Positions 27,601-40,728 of a stretch of DNA of 64,000 nucleotides are shown here, in pieces. Both the position numbers and the translations under genes were made by a program. Origin of the DNA: Bugula neritina (Eukaryota; Animalia; Bryozoa). The notes under the pieces are model-generated. The model was given only the letters and a program-made list of their open reading frames with translations. It ran no database searches and was not told the origin of the DNA. The stretch covers positions 24,923,504-24,987,503 of the forward strand of contig OZ037765.1 in NCBI GenBank assembly GCA_964035545.1, written 5' to 3'. Positions within the stretch are counted from its first letter, which is position 1. Each line of letters starts with the position of its first letter.

Positions 27601-28743
27601 AAGTAATAGTGAAATAGTGGGCACCCGCATGCATGTCATGCTGGAGTCTATATTAACCATAACCATTGTAAACATATCATTGGCTGTAAAAAATTCTCTA
27701 GATTCAATGCGCCATATTCCTGCTAGATTTAGGAAGCTGGTCTTGCAGTTACATGTAGTTGCTAGTTGGGAACATACTGGAATCATGAAACCTCCCTTAC
27801 ACGCTCTGGTGGTCTTGTATTGTGTGTTCATTGTTCTCCTTGCTCTAGAACTAGAGTTACACATATTAACTTCCACAGTCTCTCTAACAATGCTAATACA
27901 CCAATCCACAGTTACACGGTGTCTATTCTATACAATTGCAAATGTTGAGGTTGTTGGGGCTGTCTGTGGTGTTTTGGATATGCTTGGAGCGGTCTGCCCA
28001 ACTTCTAGTTTTCTTTATAATTTGCAGAGATCCTCTCACACAGATGGAAGAAGAAAGGAAGGAACACAGACAGAAAATGAAAAAGATGGAGGCTGAAATG
28101 GAACAAGTATTTGAGATTAAAGTGAAAGAGAAAATGCAGAAATTGAAGGATTCAGAAACTGATGTGAGTCGAAATAAAAACATTTTTTAGTTGTGTGAAA
28201 TTTCACAAGTTAATTATTTTATTGGTGAGGTCAATAAAACTGTTAGTCATATTTTACTAAGATGGGTTTTGTTTTTAGTTGCAAAGACGAGCAGAGCAAA
28301 TGAAAAAGAGTTTAGAGCAACAAAAAGCTGAATTAGAACAGAAGAGAATCGCTTTCCTTGAAGAGAAAAGACTGTGGGAGAGTCAGAATAAGGGTGACGA
28401 GAACATGTGAGTGGTATTCAGATATATGAAGATAATACAAGAAGTGTTACTACTTTGGAAGTTTTCTTGCAATCCACACTATTTTTCATTACACAATCTG
28501 CAAATGAACTGTTCTTCAGATAGCATATAATTGGGTTTTAGTAAGTGACTATAACAAAAGAATTGCCTATTCTTGAATTGTAGCAGGTGTATTTCAAACT
28601 TGAAGAGTTAACACCAAAAAACTTGACTTGATAAGTAACACTAGCAGTATTTTTGAGAACAAGGATTAATTGATCTACCATTTAGTCACAGTGAAGAATT
28701 ATATTGTAGGACATTGAAGAAAAATAAGAAAAGTTTGTTTTGA
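21661..28743 (+). CDS. SEPTIN7: Septin-7 (peanut/Cdc10-like) GTPase with long N-terminal extension
   Basis: Exons 21661-22062, 22140-22214, 23209-23479, 24816-24922, 25034-25134, 25553-25687, 26039-26156, 26425-26517, 26621-26769, 27066-27179, 28028-28163, 28279-28406, 28710-28743. Motifs: [37 protein letters not shown] (P-loop), [11 protein letters not shown], septin unique element GRQYPWG, coiled coil [12 protein letters not shown], and C-terminus [10 protein letters not shown] typical of SEPT7. Confidence 0.95.
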
Positions 28744-29423
28744 GTACAGAGAATCTCGTGCTTTCTGGTGAGTATCAGAGAAGAGAAACTGTTGAAATAA
28801 GACTGAATTGTTGGTGCTGCAATATCTTCTGTACATTCTGAGTCTGGCATAACAAATGACTAATTACTATGAGTGACAACAGTATGAAAAAGTCCTGTTA
28901 CAACCTTTTTTGCACAATTTTATTAAATATATATCTTTTCTACTAGAATTCATACATTCTTATTACATGTTCTTTTTGTCATTTACTCAAAGCTAGCAAT
29001 AGCCTGCATGTCACGTTTTTCTATTATCATATATTATTGTTTGTATTTAAACCCCATATCAATCGGTGACCAGTAGTTACTTTATGCATAACATGTAAAT
29101 TTTTATTTGTACAAACTGGCTATTACTATTATATGGTAAATTATGGTATATTTAATGAAATAAAATACAAAATTGAATACATATCATAAAAATCATCTTA
29201 TTATTCCGACATTGATTTAACATAATGTTTTCTAATCAATGAAGCATATAAGAATTTTCAAGTTAGTTATTTTTGGACGGATTACAGCTATAATATTATT
29301 TGAATAATATTAGCTGAAAATAATTAATTTTGAGACAGTCTGTGTTAACAGAAACCTTGCATTTGCTATTAGCACAATTTTACAATAATTAGAGGAATGT
29401 CATTAATTTACAAAATTTACAAC

Positions 29424-32400
29424 CTACACACTGCCGTTGGTCAGCTCATCGAGATCTGGGATTTCCATCTTGTTTCCTCTCACTGGCTTTAACTTGCCTC
29501 CTAGTAACAGAATAGTTGTGAGGTTATGGTATAACAGTGCTAATGTTCAAAGCAGGGGGTTCTGATACAAAACAAATTGTACACAGCAAATGGTAAACAA
29601 TTAGACTTCCTGTATGTATATGCATTTACCATCGACATACCGGCAAGTGGTGGAAGTTGTGCACTCATATCCATGTCAGAAGAGCCATCCAATGGAGGAA
29701 GACCAGATCCATTGTGCGACTTATAACCAGATAAACCTACGCGAGGACTTGTTTTTTCGCCAAACTTAGTGCCTATAGGTGTGTCTGATGCCCCCAAAAC
29801 ACTGTTTTCTCGGTCAGGTTCAGCAATATTCCGTCTGTCCATCACTTTATCAGACGCTTTGACTTTCTTGCCTTTATAAGTAAAGACAATGATAGAAAAT
29901 GCTGAGTTTTAACAACAGTAATACTTGTATTGAAGCATCACATATACTATTGGACAGGAAACACTTTTAATGCCAAATATTTCTACATTAAACACAAATG
30001 AATGTTGTCTGTTGAGATTACATTTTCAAAGTCATGCTGCCACACGTTATATCGACATGCAGCATTAAGTCACCAATTGGGTGTTTACGTATAGCATATG
30101 GCATACCCGTGACGTTGTGCCCACCAGAGGCACTGAGAGGTACTCCCTTCGCTATTCTTTCAATAAATATTGCAATGTGTTTCTTGAGTTTCATGGTGTC
30201 ACCACTGATGCCCAGCATATCAATGTTAACATTCTGATCTTTGACTGACTTTGCCAGTGTCGTACGCAGCTGATGAGTGATAGTTGTGTCCACCATCTCT
30301 TCCCAGCCCTATAATATATCAGCAGCTCTATTCTCTTGGTCTCTTTAAATCAAAATTATCAGGCAATTGTGGATTAGCTACTGAAAGGATGTATGAATAA
30401 AACTAGTTAATCATATATGCTGAGTGCATAAAATAAGCAAATAATAGAACGAAAACTGTAAATTACGGCAACTATGGACAACACAATTTTATGAAACAGT
30501 AGCAATTATTGGAGAATAATAAAGCTACTTGATGTAATAATGTATGGGTATAAAATAAACATTAATTGGAAGCTACCGAATAGAAGCACATTAAGCTATA
30601 TAAACTACCTGATCGCCATTATCACTAACATCAGGGTTGAGTATAGACTGTAGTATTGCAAAGTCTTCGTCTGAAAGGTCATAAGTCAATCTTATCAAAT
30701 AATTAAGAAGATTTACAGCACTGCTGACATTAGTTGAGGCTCGATACAAGGTCTTCTTGTTATCTTCTGCATGTTCAGAAATAGCCAGCAACTGCAACAT
30801 AGAATCACAAGAATAGTCAGCAAATCTTTAATATGGCTATTAGATTTGCAAAGAATAGATACCCCCCCCACCCCACCCGTATTTACTTTCTGAAATCCAC
30901 CTACCTCTCCTTATGAATGTTTTATTATACACTCACCTGTCTGTATGTGCCCTCTAGTAAAGTATCCAAATATCCCAACGGGGATGGAGTTTTGTCCTTA
31001 AATCTGGTCAGCAGTCTGCGTTGAATAGCTCTGAACTGCAAAGCCTTCTGCTCTAGCAGCTCCTTGTACTTCACAGCATGTATTCGATACTACAAATACC
31101 ATGTATGTAACATTATTATTTCACCAAAATTTAAATTTAGTACAGTTACATATCTAGCAGAGCAGAAAAGTTTTCTGACATCTAATACCTGACAATTGAA
31201 AAGATATGTTGTCTAAAACATTGAACTTGGATTCAGACTTGAGGACAGAAATAACACGAGATGGCAGCGAAAGCTTAGAGATTGGCCATCGATTTAAAAA
31301 CTAATAAGTTCCAATAGTGCATAGAAGTTAAAATATTATAATAGGAAACGATACATTTATCAATACAGTAAAGAGTCAATAAAATATATTATATATCATT
31401 GCACACACCTCAAAATGTGCATCCAGAGTCTCAAAGAACTCCTGTAATGGCATAGAGCCATGATGACTACATTGCAAACCACTGTTGGGCCCAAAGTGAG
31501 ATGTCAACCGATCTATTAGATCTTTGGTAATCAACCACATGGAAGCAAAGTCATCCGACTGTATTCTGTATCTTTCTGCAGAAAATATCCCGAGAATGAC
31601 ATTATAGCTGTATCATTATGCAGGTTTAAAAATTCTACAAATTAACATAAACATACAAGAAAATTGTGCTTTCTATGCACTGCAGGTGCATATATACAAA
31701 ATAAGTAAAGGGAAATAACTTTGAACTTGTGTATAGTAATAGAGATATGGCACTTTTTTTATAAAATATGACCACCAAAATTTAAAAGTTTATTGCTGAA
31801 AGATTATTTTTAAAAAATCATGTTGTTTAGACACATTCCTACTAATTCATAATATATACTGACGCGAGGTTTTAGAGGCTAGCAAGGTGATAACAGGTCC
31901 ACCATAGAACTGAAAGCCAAGTGCAGCACCCTGGCCTCCTGCATTCATGCCAAGGAGATCTAAACACAATGCAAATACATTTGTACTAATGCAGGCTATT
32001 AAATATCCATCAAATGCAATCAAACCGATAATTACAGCGAAAGATAATGTAAAAAGGAGACAACTTCTTAAATATAGATTAGTTGTGAACTTTAAATCGG
32101 TTTATAAGAACTTTAGATAATCTTAGTAATATTTTCCGAGATACTGGAAAGTCAGTGTTTATTTAATCAAAATACATAGATCTAACATCTTTTTCATTGA
32201 GAAGAGAAGATCACGCATGACTCACCCGGAAAGATGTCGTTTAAGTTGACTGGGGGCTTGTTAGTGTCGATGGTTACTTTGTACATGGCTGACTTAACAG
32301 GAGGCGCGGGTTTGACAACCAGCTTCAGAGGTAGAGTGAAGTAACTCTGCGTAACTCTAGGAGATCCTGGACCGCAATAAAATGACAACTCATAAGATAT

Positions 32401-35400
32401 GTAACGCGTTATGGCATCTTCATCATACAAAATGAAGATAAAATGAGAGGATTGGGAAAATGAAAGAAAAATGTTTGAAAATAAATTTATAGACTAAAAG
32501 ATGAAGATATCTATTAGTTGTGAAAAATACTAACCCGTTGAGCTGATATATGTGGCACAAACTTTGACTTTGAGAGATGCAGGTAAAAAGTTGTATCTCA
32601 TAAAGATTGGTGCCTGTATTACAGCAGGACTGCTTGAATCTGCAAGATAAATGTTGATACACTATTCAGTTGGCTCTAGCCAAATTTTGCGATTTCTACT
32701 ATAAATTGTACGTCACTCACTTATACTGGGAAACTCGTATTCCAGACGGTCAGAAGCCAGAGGTTTCTCTACGAAGATATTCACACGAACATTGGAAGTC
32801 ATCATCCGCACCTTTATCTCTATCTGCGAATTTCATTAGAAAGTTGTAGCAAAGTACAAACTAATATAATATGATCATAATCGATATCAGTTACCAGCAG
32901 ATAAGTTATGATGCCTACCTTGACAGTGACTGAAGGAATTGGATCATCATCGTTGAACTCAACATTCTCAGCTTGCTAAAACAAAACTTAATGTTAAAAC
33001 TTGTAGCATATATTACAAAAAGCTATAGTGTCATGAGATAACTAAAATGTTATTGTATCAGTTTATTACTTTATGAATAATAAAGCAGTAACTCGCATAA
33101 CAATTTGTTTGTATATAAAACACATACATACAGGTAGACATAAATGCATGCGATGCAAACATATTTCCAAACTCACATTGGACTTTTATTTCAATAAAAG
33201 AGAATACGTTTGAACATTGAAGTAACTTATAGTAAAATTTATGAAATGCCATGTATAGTTAACAAACAAATAAACGGTGTACAAAACCTCCAAATCAAAA
33301 ATCATCACACAGTAAATCAACACAAATGTGAAGAGCACAAGAAAGAGTGGCAGCAGGCAAAGGAAATGTTGAGTTGCTGCCAACAAAACCGGCATGCAGC
33401 GCATGTGAGTGACACAAACTTACTGTAGCTTTCAGTTCACTACCATACTCAAACTTTACCAGCTTATCAATATCATGCTCAGTAAGATCATAATTACGAA
33501 ACTGGACATCAAAGGCGCGCTGTATAACAAGTACATGGCATACTAAAGTGATTATAAATCTTTTACAACAACTTTTATGTATAGAGTATATGGTGTCTAT
33601 TATAGGTAGCATGGCTGAGTCAGTATTGATGATTATGGAAAAAGAAAGGAATGAGAAGTAGTTAAAAACAACAGCAAAAGTTAACCTACTGATGGAGAGT
33701 CGAGAGAGGGGGAGACTGAAGCCACTATTTTCACATCATCTTCTGGCAGTTTACTCGGCATAATGACTACAAAATGGAAAAAATTAGTGAACCTATGGCG
33801 GAGAATGGCACCATACAAAGAGCCAATCAAGATGGACTTGCGCAATGTAATGTGCACAGCAAACAGTAACAAGTAAACATACTAACATAGAAACAACTAC
33901 AACATTGGCAAAGTGAGAAAACACTTTTGAAAATAATACAATTTGATAGAAAAACTGTCATCTTTCTAGTTAAAGCTCTGAAGAGTGAAATCACCAATAT
34001 AACAATACAATGAAGATAAAGTAGCAGCTGGTCTAAGAATTTTTTCTGGACAAGATCACAGGCTAATTATCAAGTGTGTGTCATAAAGTCTTAAGAGTTT
34101 TCTCACTTTCTCATTCAAATTTACGAGTTAAAAAAATCTACATATCCAAAAGGATTTTTTAAAATAAAAGAACAAAAACTTTTATTTGCAGCAAAGTTGG
34201 AATCCTTGTGGCATTTTATTTCACAGCACTATGCAGCAAGATATCACCACTGCAAAAGTTAGTCAGCCATTAAGATGCATTGGAAAAGGACTTGAATCAG
34301 ATACCACAAGGGTTCAAACCTTGTAAAATTCTAAGTCTTTTAGATATTTTATCAAAACAACAATAAACAACATTTGAAATAAACTAAATACGTAATGCCA
34401 TACCATTAGGGAGCCCATAAACTTCAAAAGATGCACGCAAGAAGATGTATTTAGTGAAGACATTAAAAAATTGAAACATTCCATCATTAGTTTACAGAAC
34501 TATTGTATATCACCGCTCTTCACCATAATATTATTTAGGAAACACAACTACGCTATTGCAAAGATCATTATAACTGTTGCAGTACATGCTCCTCACTCAC
34601 CTTGACTTCCAGATTTCTCACGGATAATCTGCTGATATTTACGTATCTCAGAGGCAAACTCATCATACTTTGTTTCCCTCGACTGCGTTGATGGCATAAC
34701 CATCATAGCAGGGTCGGTGCCCAAATATGAGAGAGTGAGGTGCCCTTGTTCATTCAACACTGTTACACCACCGGGAATTGCACTGCTCAATAACAAAAAC
34801 CTCATTAAATCATTTTACATAATCCTCAAACTGCATGTGAACATTATCACTATAATACTGTTAATAATTTCATCTTTTAAAATTAGTTATTGTAAAATAT
34901 GTGTTATTTAAAGTATGCCTCTGCTAACAAGCATATGTGGCCATTAAAATTAGCATAGGCAACTCAGAGACAGAAAAACTCATACATACTATAATATATC
35001 AAAGACAGGATTATTTACATTCTTAAATTTATACATTGCAGGTTTTTTCCACACAAGTATATTTAGAGAAAAAATGTTCAATCTGCAAAGCAGCAACAGC
35101 AAACAACTAAGAGCTCAAGTAAAAACTTTGAGTTCGGAAGCTGAAATATATGCAACTGAAGCGAAAAAGACTTTAGGTGTGAAATGCAGTGATATGTACC
35201 TCATTGAGCAGAAGTCTATCTGAACAGGGGTGTGGTTAAGTTGAGCTGCCCATTTCAATATAGAGTTAGAGTAAATCATGAGAGTGTTGGTATGGGTGGC
35301 TATCATATAGTTCACAGTGTCCACAGACTGTCGGTTTGCTTTCATGCACCTAGGGCTATACTCCAGCTTTTTCATAAACTTCAACTTGCCGAACTCGGTC

Positions 35401-37823
35401 AGACAGAACAGGCTTCTTTCACCTGAAAGTATGGATTAATCAAAAGTATAATGACAAAAACACAGGTGGCAATACAATGTTATAATAGTTATATAATGAA
35501 GTGAATACAAAGCATAGGATAACTTAAATGTTTAATTTTTTTTGACATGTTGCCTTTTATGTCATAATTTATTAGTTTAGTAGTTTTACCATCAGCAAGT
35601 AAAACAGTAACAAACCAGTTTAGGCAGCCTCAAGTCACAACCTCCTTTTGAGTAAATAAAGACAAATAATATAAGGTGTACAATATTAGACAAAACGGAT
35701 GGGGAAAAACTGACCTAAAATCAGGATAGAAACTTCAGATGCACTAAGTACTTCAATAGACACAGCCTGTTCCCCTATGGACATTGTCCAGTCAGCCTGT
35801 AGGGATACATACACATGTGGATGTGAATATAAGATGGAAAAACACTTGCAGCTGTTATACTACTTTACTATTATTAACATACAGTACATAAGTCCTTTTA
35901 AGCGTACTGTATTATTGATAGTAAATTGCAATTAAGAAAATAGTATGTTGGATTAACTTCATAAAATCAATAATTACTTTGTTAAGAATACTCAAAGTCA
36001 TGCCACTAAATTTAGAACTAAGAGAAAAATTGCTTACAGTGACACGTTTGCCGTACTTTAGATTCTGTGCATCTTCTTTGGTCTTAGTTTCCGCTGCTAC
36101 AGCTAACACCTTGTACCTGCAAAATAAAAAACTTTCTCCAAGTAGTACTTATCAAAAAATTGACAAGAAAACTTTAAATTACCAATATATTACAAACTTC
36201 TTTATTCGGAAGTAAGTATTTTTTGACGCTGCAAAGTGAACATAACACTCACTTGTAACTTTCTATTTGCCTAGAAGAAGAAACTGTGACAAAACTATCA
36301 GTGGTTGCCACGTAACACAGTGGACCGGGTAGCAGAGAATCTGGCAAAAATCTTGTAAAAGAATAGCTTTCTTGTTCAAATACAGAGAGAGTTCCATCCA
36401 TCGATTGCACACATATAAAATCACGATCTAAAACACATCAAAAAATACTGGTGCTTCACTACATGATGTCAAATTTGTAAGGTGGTTCACATGTAAATTC
36501 TGTCTATAAATTGAGATTATGACACAGACAATGTGTATCGTTCCACTATAGATTGATATGGTGAAAGATTAAAAAGTGAAAATATTGATGTACATAATTT
36601 TTAAGTAAGATCACCTTATAACTATCATCATATTCATTACAATTACACATTTGTGACTCACCAATATTGTTACAGCACAGATAGACTAGCAGTCAACTCT
36701 GTTTAAAATATGATAAAAAAAATTTTAAATTCAAAGTTCTCTTCAAAGAGTATGTGTATTTCTAAAATATAGTTCAAGACAAACGTTACCTAAGATTTGT
36801 CCAAAAGGCCCATGGCACATGTTATATGCAGTTCTTTGTAGATTGTGTGAATAGAAATGCTGTAGTTTATACTGAGCACCATGCGCTACTGCTCCTGCAG
36901 TACTAGACAGCATGTACACGCTAAGTCTTCGAGGATGTAGTACTGCTATACAATATCCAGAAACCCCCCTATAACACAGCACCGTAAGACTCACTTGATA
37001 CATATAAAACTTATGTATGCATGGCACGATCATTTTTAAGTATCATATAGAACTATATACAAAAAACCAGCGCATATAAAAACTTATAGCTGTTTTACAG
37101 AAGTTTTAAAATATTACATTCAATAGATGCAACTGAAACTTGGAATCCTTAATTTATATATTAAAGAAGTAAACTTCAAACAAATATCAATCGATATAAA
37201 GGTTAAAAAAATATATTAAATTATATATTTTGACATTCTTAATATTAGATTATATCGTTACTTACGAAACAAACTTTCCACAAGAAAGTTGAAGAATAGG
37301 TGCATTTAGGTTTTGTTCAATAAGCAATTGTTCAGGTGTGAAGCCTTCACCAGAGTGATGAGGATTGTATATTCGAATAATGCCCGAGTAGCTTCCCACA
37401 GCTATTCTTTCTGTAACAATGGATTTAACAACATACTCTTGCACTATTAATAAACTTTCCTATCTTCATGCACTATATGTGAATATAATATTGTATTTCA
37501 ATAATCAAATCCTTGAAATATGCTAGATAGTATTCTTAAATCAATTATTCAATTTTACTTAGTTCACTAGCATCACAAATAATATGATTCTCAGATCACT
37601 TTTGCTTAAGCAATAAGAATAGCACCACTACATTATAGAATACAAAAGTTATAAATTACAGAATTTATGAGGATCAGAAAATACGAATAAATGAGTTGTA
37701 AATACCTATAGTTGTTGTCGAATCTACATTGCAAATATTTCCGACTACCATGCAGCCCAAATCAAATTCTTCATTTTCACCAATTTTAACGTTCCACCAG
37801 TCCCTAGCCTTGAACAAGGACAT
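29424..37823 (-). CDS. BBS9: BBSome scaffold subunit BBS9 / PTHB1
   Basis: Starts MSLFKARDWW (ATG at 37823 directly after an acceptor). About 20 GT-AG exons, e.g. 37823-37706, ~37409-37266, ~36969-36790, ~36427-36253, ~36116-36038, ~35796-35715, ~35422-35200, ~34783-34600, ~32823-32721, ~32366-32226, ~31089-30937, ~30309-30107, 29500-29424. Motifs: IAVGSYSGIIRIY, AVLHPRRL, LQRTAYNMCHGPFG, LKWAAQL, GHLTLSYLGTDP, QFRAIQRRLLTRFKDKTP, GWEEMVDTTITHQLRTTLAKS. Confidence 0.95.
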
Positions 37824-38449
37824 CTGCAAACAACTGCAAACTATGTAGGTTTTATATTGTTTTAATTCAAACAACAACCTAACATACTTTAATGCTAAAA
37901 TAATAATTGGCAAAGCTACTACTAATTATTATATTATATAGAATAGAGTAGTTTTACAATCTGCAGCCAAAAAACTATCAAATGATAATGTCAAAATTAT
38001 TACATGAGAGAAAATAATAGCATTTTTGCTGACTTATGTATAGGTATAAAAACTATTGTCTAAACTCTTCAATCAACATTCTAAATGATATTAATTTAAA
38101 TTTACTTTAGTGCATCAAGCAACTGTTAACATTACTGCTTAGTGCTTATTGCATAAAATTATTTGTTCAAAAAACTATCTAATAACATAAATGTATGACA
38201 CAGCAAAAGAAAATATCTGCATTAAAAATGGGTGAAAGCCAATACACATTGGGGTAGTTTTGTGAAAAAACATGGTTATTTTACATTAATGTTTTTATAT
38301 AAAAGTAGCATGTTTCAAACACAGTAGCCTACATTAAACATGTTCACCAATGTTTAAATAAACAAATTTTTTTTTAAAGAAGTGTACTTTGATTAACTAA
38401 TTATTTTAGCAATTTATTAATTAACCTACAAACAAGCATATTGGGTTTC

Positions 38450-38895
38450 TTCCCAGATAGAGGCTTTCCAGTTAGATGTTTCCCAGTTAGACGCTATTTT
38501 TTGGTACAATATATAATATAGTAATATACCTATATATACCTATATGTACCTATATAACGATTGTATTGATTTCTAAATAATAGTTAATATGAATTATCTG
38601 GAATAATATTCCAACTTTTCAGGATTTTTGTGGGACAAAAAACAGTAATACATTAATAATAGACATTATCTTTAATGAATACTTATCAATGAAATATTTT
38701 TGACCACAACAAGAAGTATATAAAATGCAAAATTAATAAGTTAATGCAGATCAAAGGAATTTATTCCAAAATTAAAACTATTTAAATATACATATATTTC
38801 AACAATATTCAAATAAATTGCACATGAAATACATATATTGTACCAAAATAAATAAATAGCGTCTAACTGGAAAGCGTCTATCTGGAATCACACTG
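38450..38895. mobile_element. MITE / non-autonomous DNA transposon with ~55-70 bp terminal inverted repeats
   Basis: Left ttcccagatagaggctttccagttaga...cgctattttttggtacaatatat matches the reverse complement of right atatattgtaccaaaa...tagcgtctaactggaaagcgtctatctggaa; AT-rich non-coding interior; right end reads 5'-CAGTG on the minus strand. Confidence 0.8.
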
Positions 38896-39194
38896 CGTAT
38901 TGGTATGATTTTGACTAGAGTTGTTATAAACGCAATTCTAACAAGCACCAACAAAGTGCATTAGAATAAGTGATCAAATGTAAACTCCCTTTTTAGTCTA
39001 GCAATATAGGGTAAAGTGTTGTTATAAGGTTAAGTATAGCTATAAGGAACTGTAGGAAAATAGCTCGAAAATCATGAAATTCATGCCAAGTATTAAAACT
39101 GAACATTAGCAGTTCTCAATTAAAATATGAGGTATGGGGCCAGGGATAATCAGCACGCCTGTATGTCACCCATAGTATAATTTTAATTCTAGAC

Positions 39195-39758
39195 TAGTCA
39201 GCCACAGTAAAGTTTGAGTGTCAGTTATTATGATATTAATTATTAAAAATTACTACCATTACAATTAATATTGACCAGACAACGTTTAAACATTAACAAT
39301 TACTATTAGACTTACTATTACTATTAGTCTATTACAATTGAAAATACTTTTCTCCTCGAACTCAATTATAATTATCATTACCATTATGATTATCACGATC
39401 ATCACTATGTTCGTGTTGATGTAAATGCAAAATTAAAAATTATTTGCCATTTATAGTTTCAAGTTTCAACAATAGTCAGCCATAGTAAAGTTCGAGTGTC
39501 AGTTATTATGATATTAATTATTAATAATTACTACCATTACAATTGATATTGACCAGACAACGTTTAAACATTAACAATTACTATTAGACTTAGTATTACT
39601 ATTACTGTATTACTATTAGTCTATCACAATTGAAAATACTTTTCTCCTCGAACTCAATTATAATTATCATTATCACGATCATCACTATGTTTATGTTGAT
39701 GTAAATGCAAAATTAAAAATTATTTGCCATTTATAGTTTCAAGTTTCAATAATAGTCA
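39195..39758. repeat. Tandem duplication, 2 x ~279 bp
   Basis: Units start at 39195 and 39473 (tagtcagcca(c/t)agtaaagtt...gtttcaagtttcaa) and differ by a few substitutions and short indels. Confidence 0.95.
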
Positions 39759-39949
39759 ACAAGTATAACTTTAACTTTTACTTTCAGTTCTAATTTTACT
39801 TTTTTACTAAACTTTTAGTTTTACTTTTACTTTTAGGATTTAACTTTAAGTTTGTAGTTGAGTAAAATATTGCTGAGATATTTTAGGCTATATCTTCTCA
39901 TTTTCGTTTTATTTTTAAATAAATGGTTTTAAGAGAAAGTTGCATATTA

Positions 39950-40170
39950 ATTTGATGCAGGCTGAGCAGAAAGCGTGCCTGTGAGTGTGACTGCAAATGC
40001 AAATGTGCTCTAGTAGTTTATGTTAGTTACCAAAGAATGTTATTGTGCGCGTGCGTATTTGTTATATTCGCTAAACTACGCACTCGGCGTGGCTGCACAG
40101 AATAGAACACGTCGATGTAGCCCAAAATCATGAGCTTACGTTGCGTATTGCCCTCTGTATTAGTATGAAC
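39950..40170. promoter_or_regulatory. Probable bidirectional promoter for BBS9 (-) and ERP44 (+)
   Basis: The most CpG-rich patch between two divergent genes whose first coding exons are both preceded by splice acceptors; contains GTGCGCGTGCG (NRF1-like). Confidence 0.55.
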
Positions 40171-40603
40171 TAATTCCTTGTACCTAAATAGTTTCCACCA
40201 TTCATTGTAATCTTAGTCTAGCTAACATATTTTCCTTAAAATTGAAGTTCCATTAGGGGTTGAGAAGTAGAGGGAGCTGAAACATTTTAATTTTGAATTT
40301 CTAACCAATGATAATCAATTTTTTATGCAGTTGTTGTCTAAATTGAAGTTGTATGTTAATGGAAAATGTCATAGTCATAAGACATAATATTAATTATACA
40401 AACCCTTTTGAGTTTTGTATCACTACCAATCATTATATTTATTATCATCAATGTGTTCAGGCTGAACTTCAGCTTGTGCTACAAAATCAAATGCAACTAC
40501 AAGTACACTAAGTCTAACTCTGTATATTATCATTATGATTATGATTATCATATTCATTGTAATTATCATTATGATTAAGTTTAATATTATCATTATGCAT
40601 ACG

Positions 40604-40728
40604 ATAAGTTATAGCCATAGGCTATAACTTATAATTTATTAATTATAAGTTATAATATTAATTTAAATAATTAGATTAAGTGATTAACTAATTAAATTAG
40701 TTAATCACTTAATCTAATTATTTAAATT
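40604..40728. repeat. Chain of three perfect inverted repeats
   Basis: 13-bp arms (40604-40632), 14-bp arms (40623-40654) and 34-bp arms with a 1-nt spacer (40660-40728). Confidence 0.95.

Noticed and set aside
27559-28183. Overlapping 86-159 aa ORFs in and around a septin intron
   Set aside because: No recognisable motifs; they are intron read-through or antisense shadows of the real exon.
34285-34325. Second SINE remnant (GGTTCAAACC, B-box-like)
   Set aside because: No convincing A box or core; too short to support.
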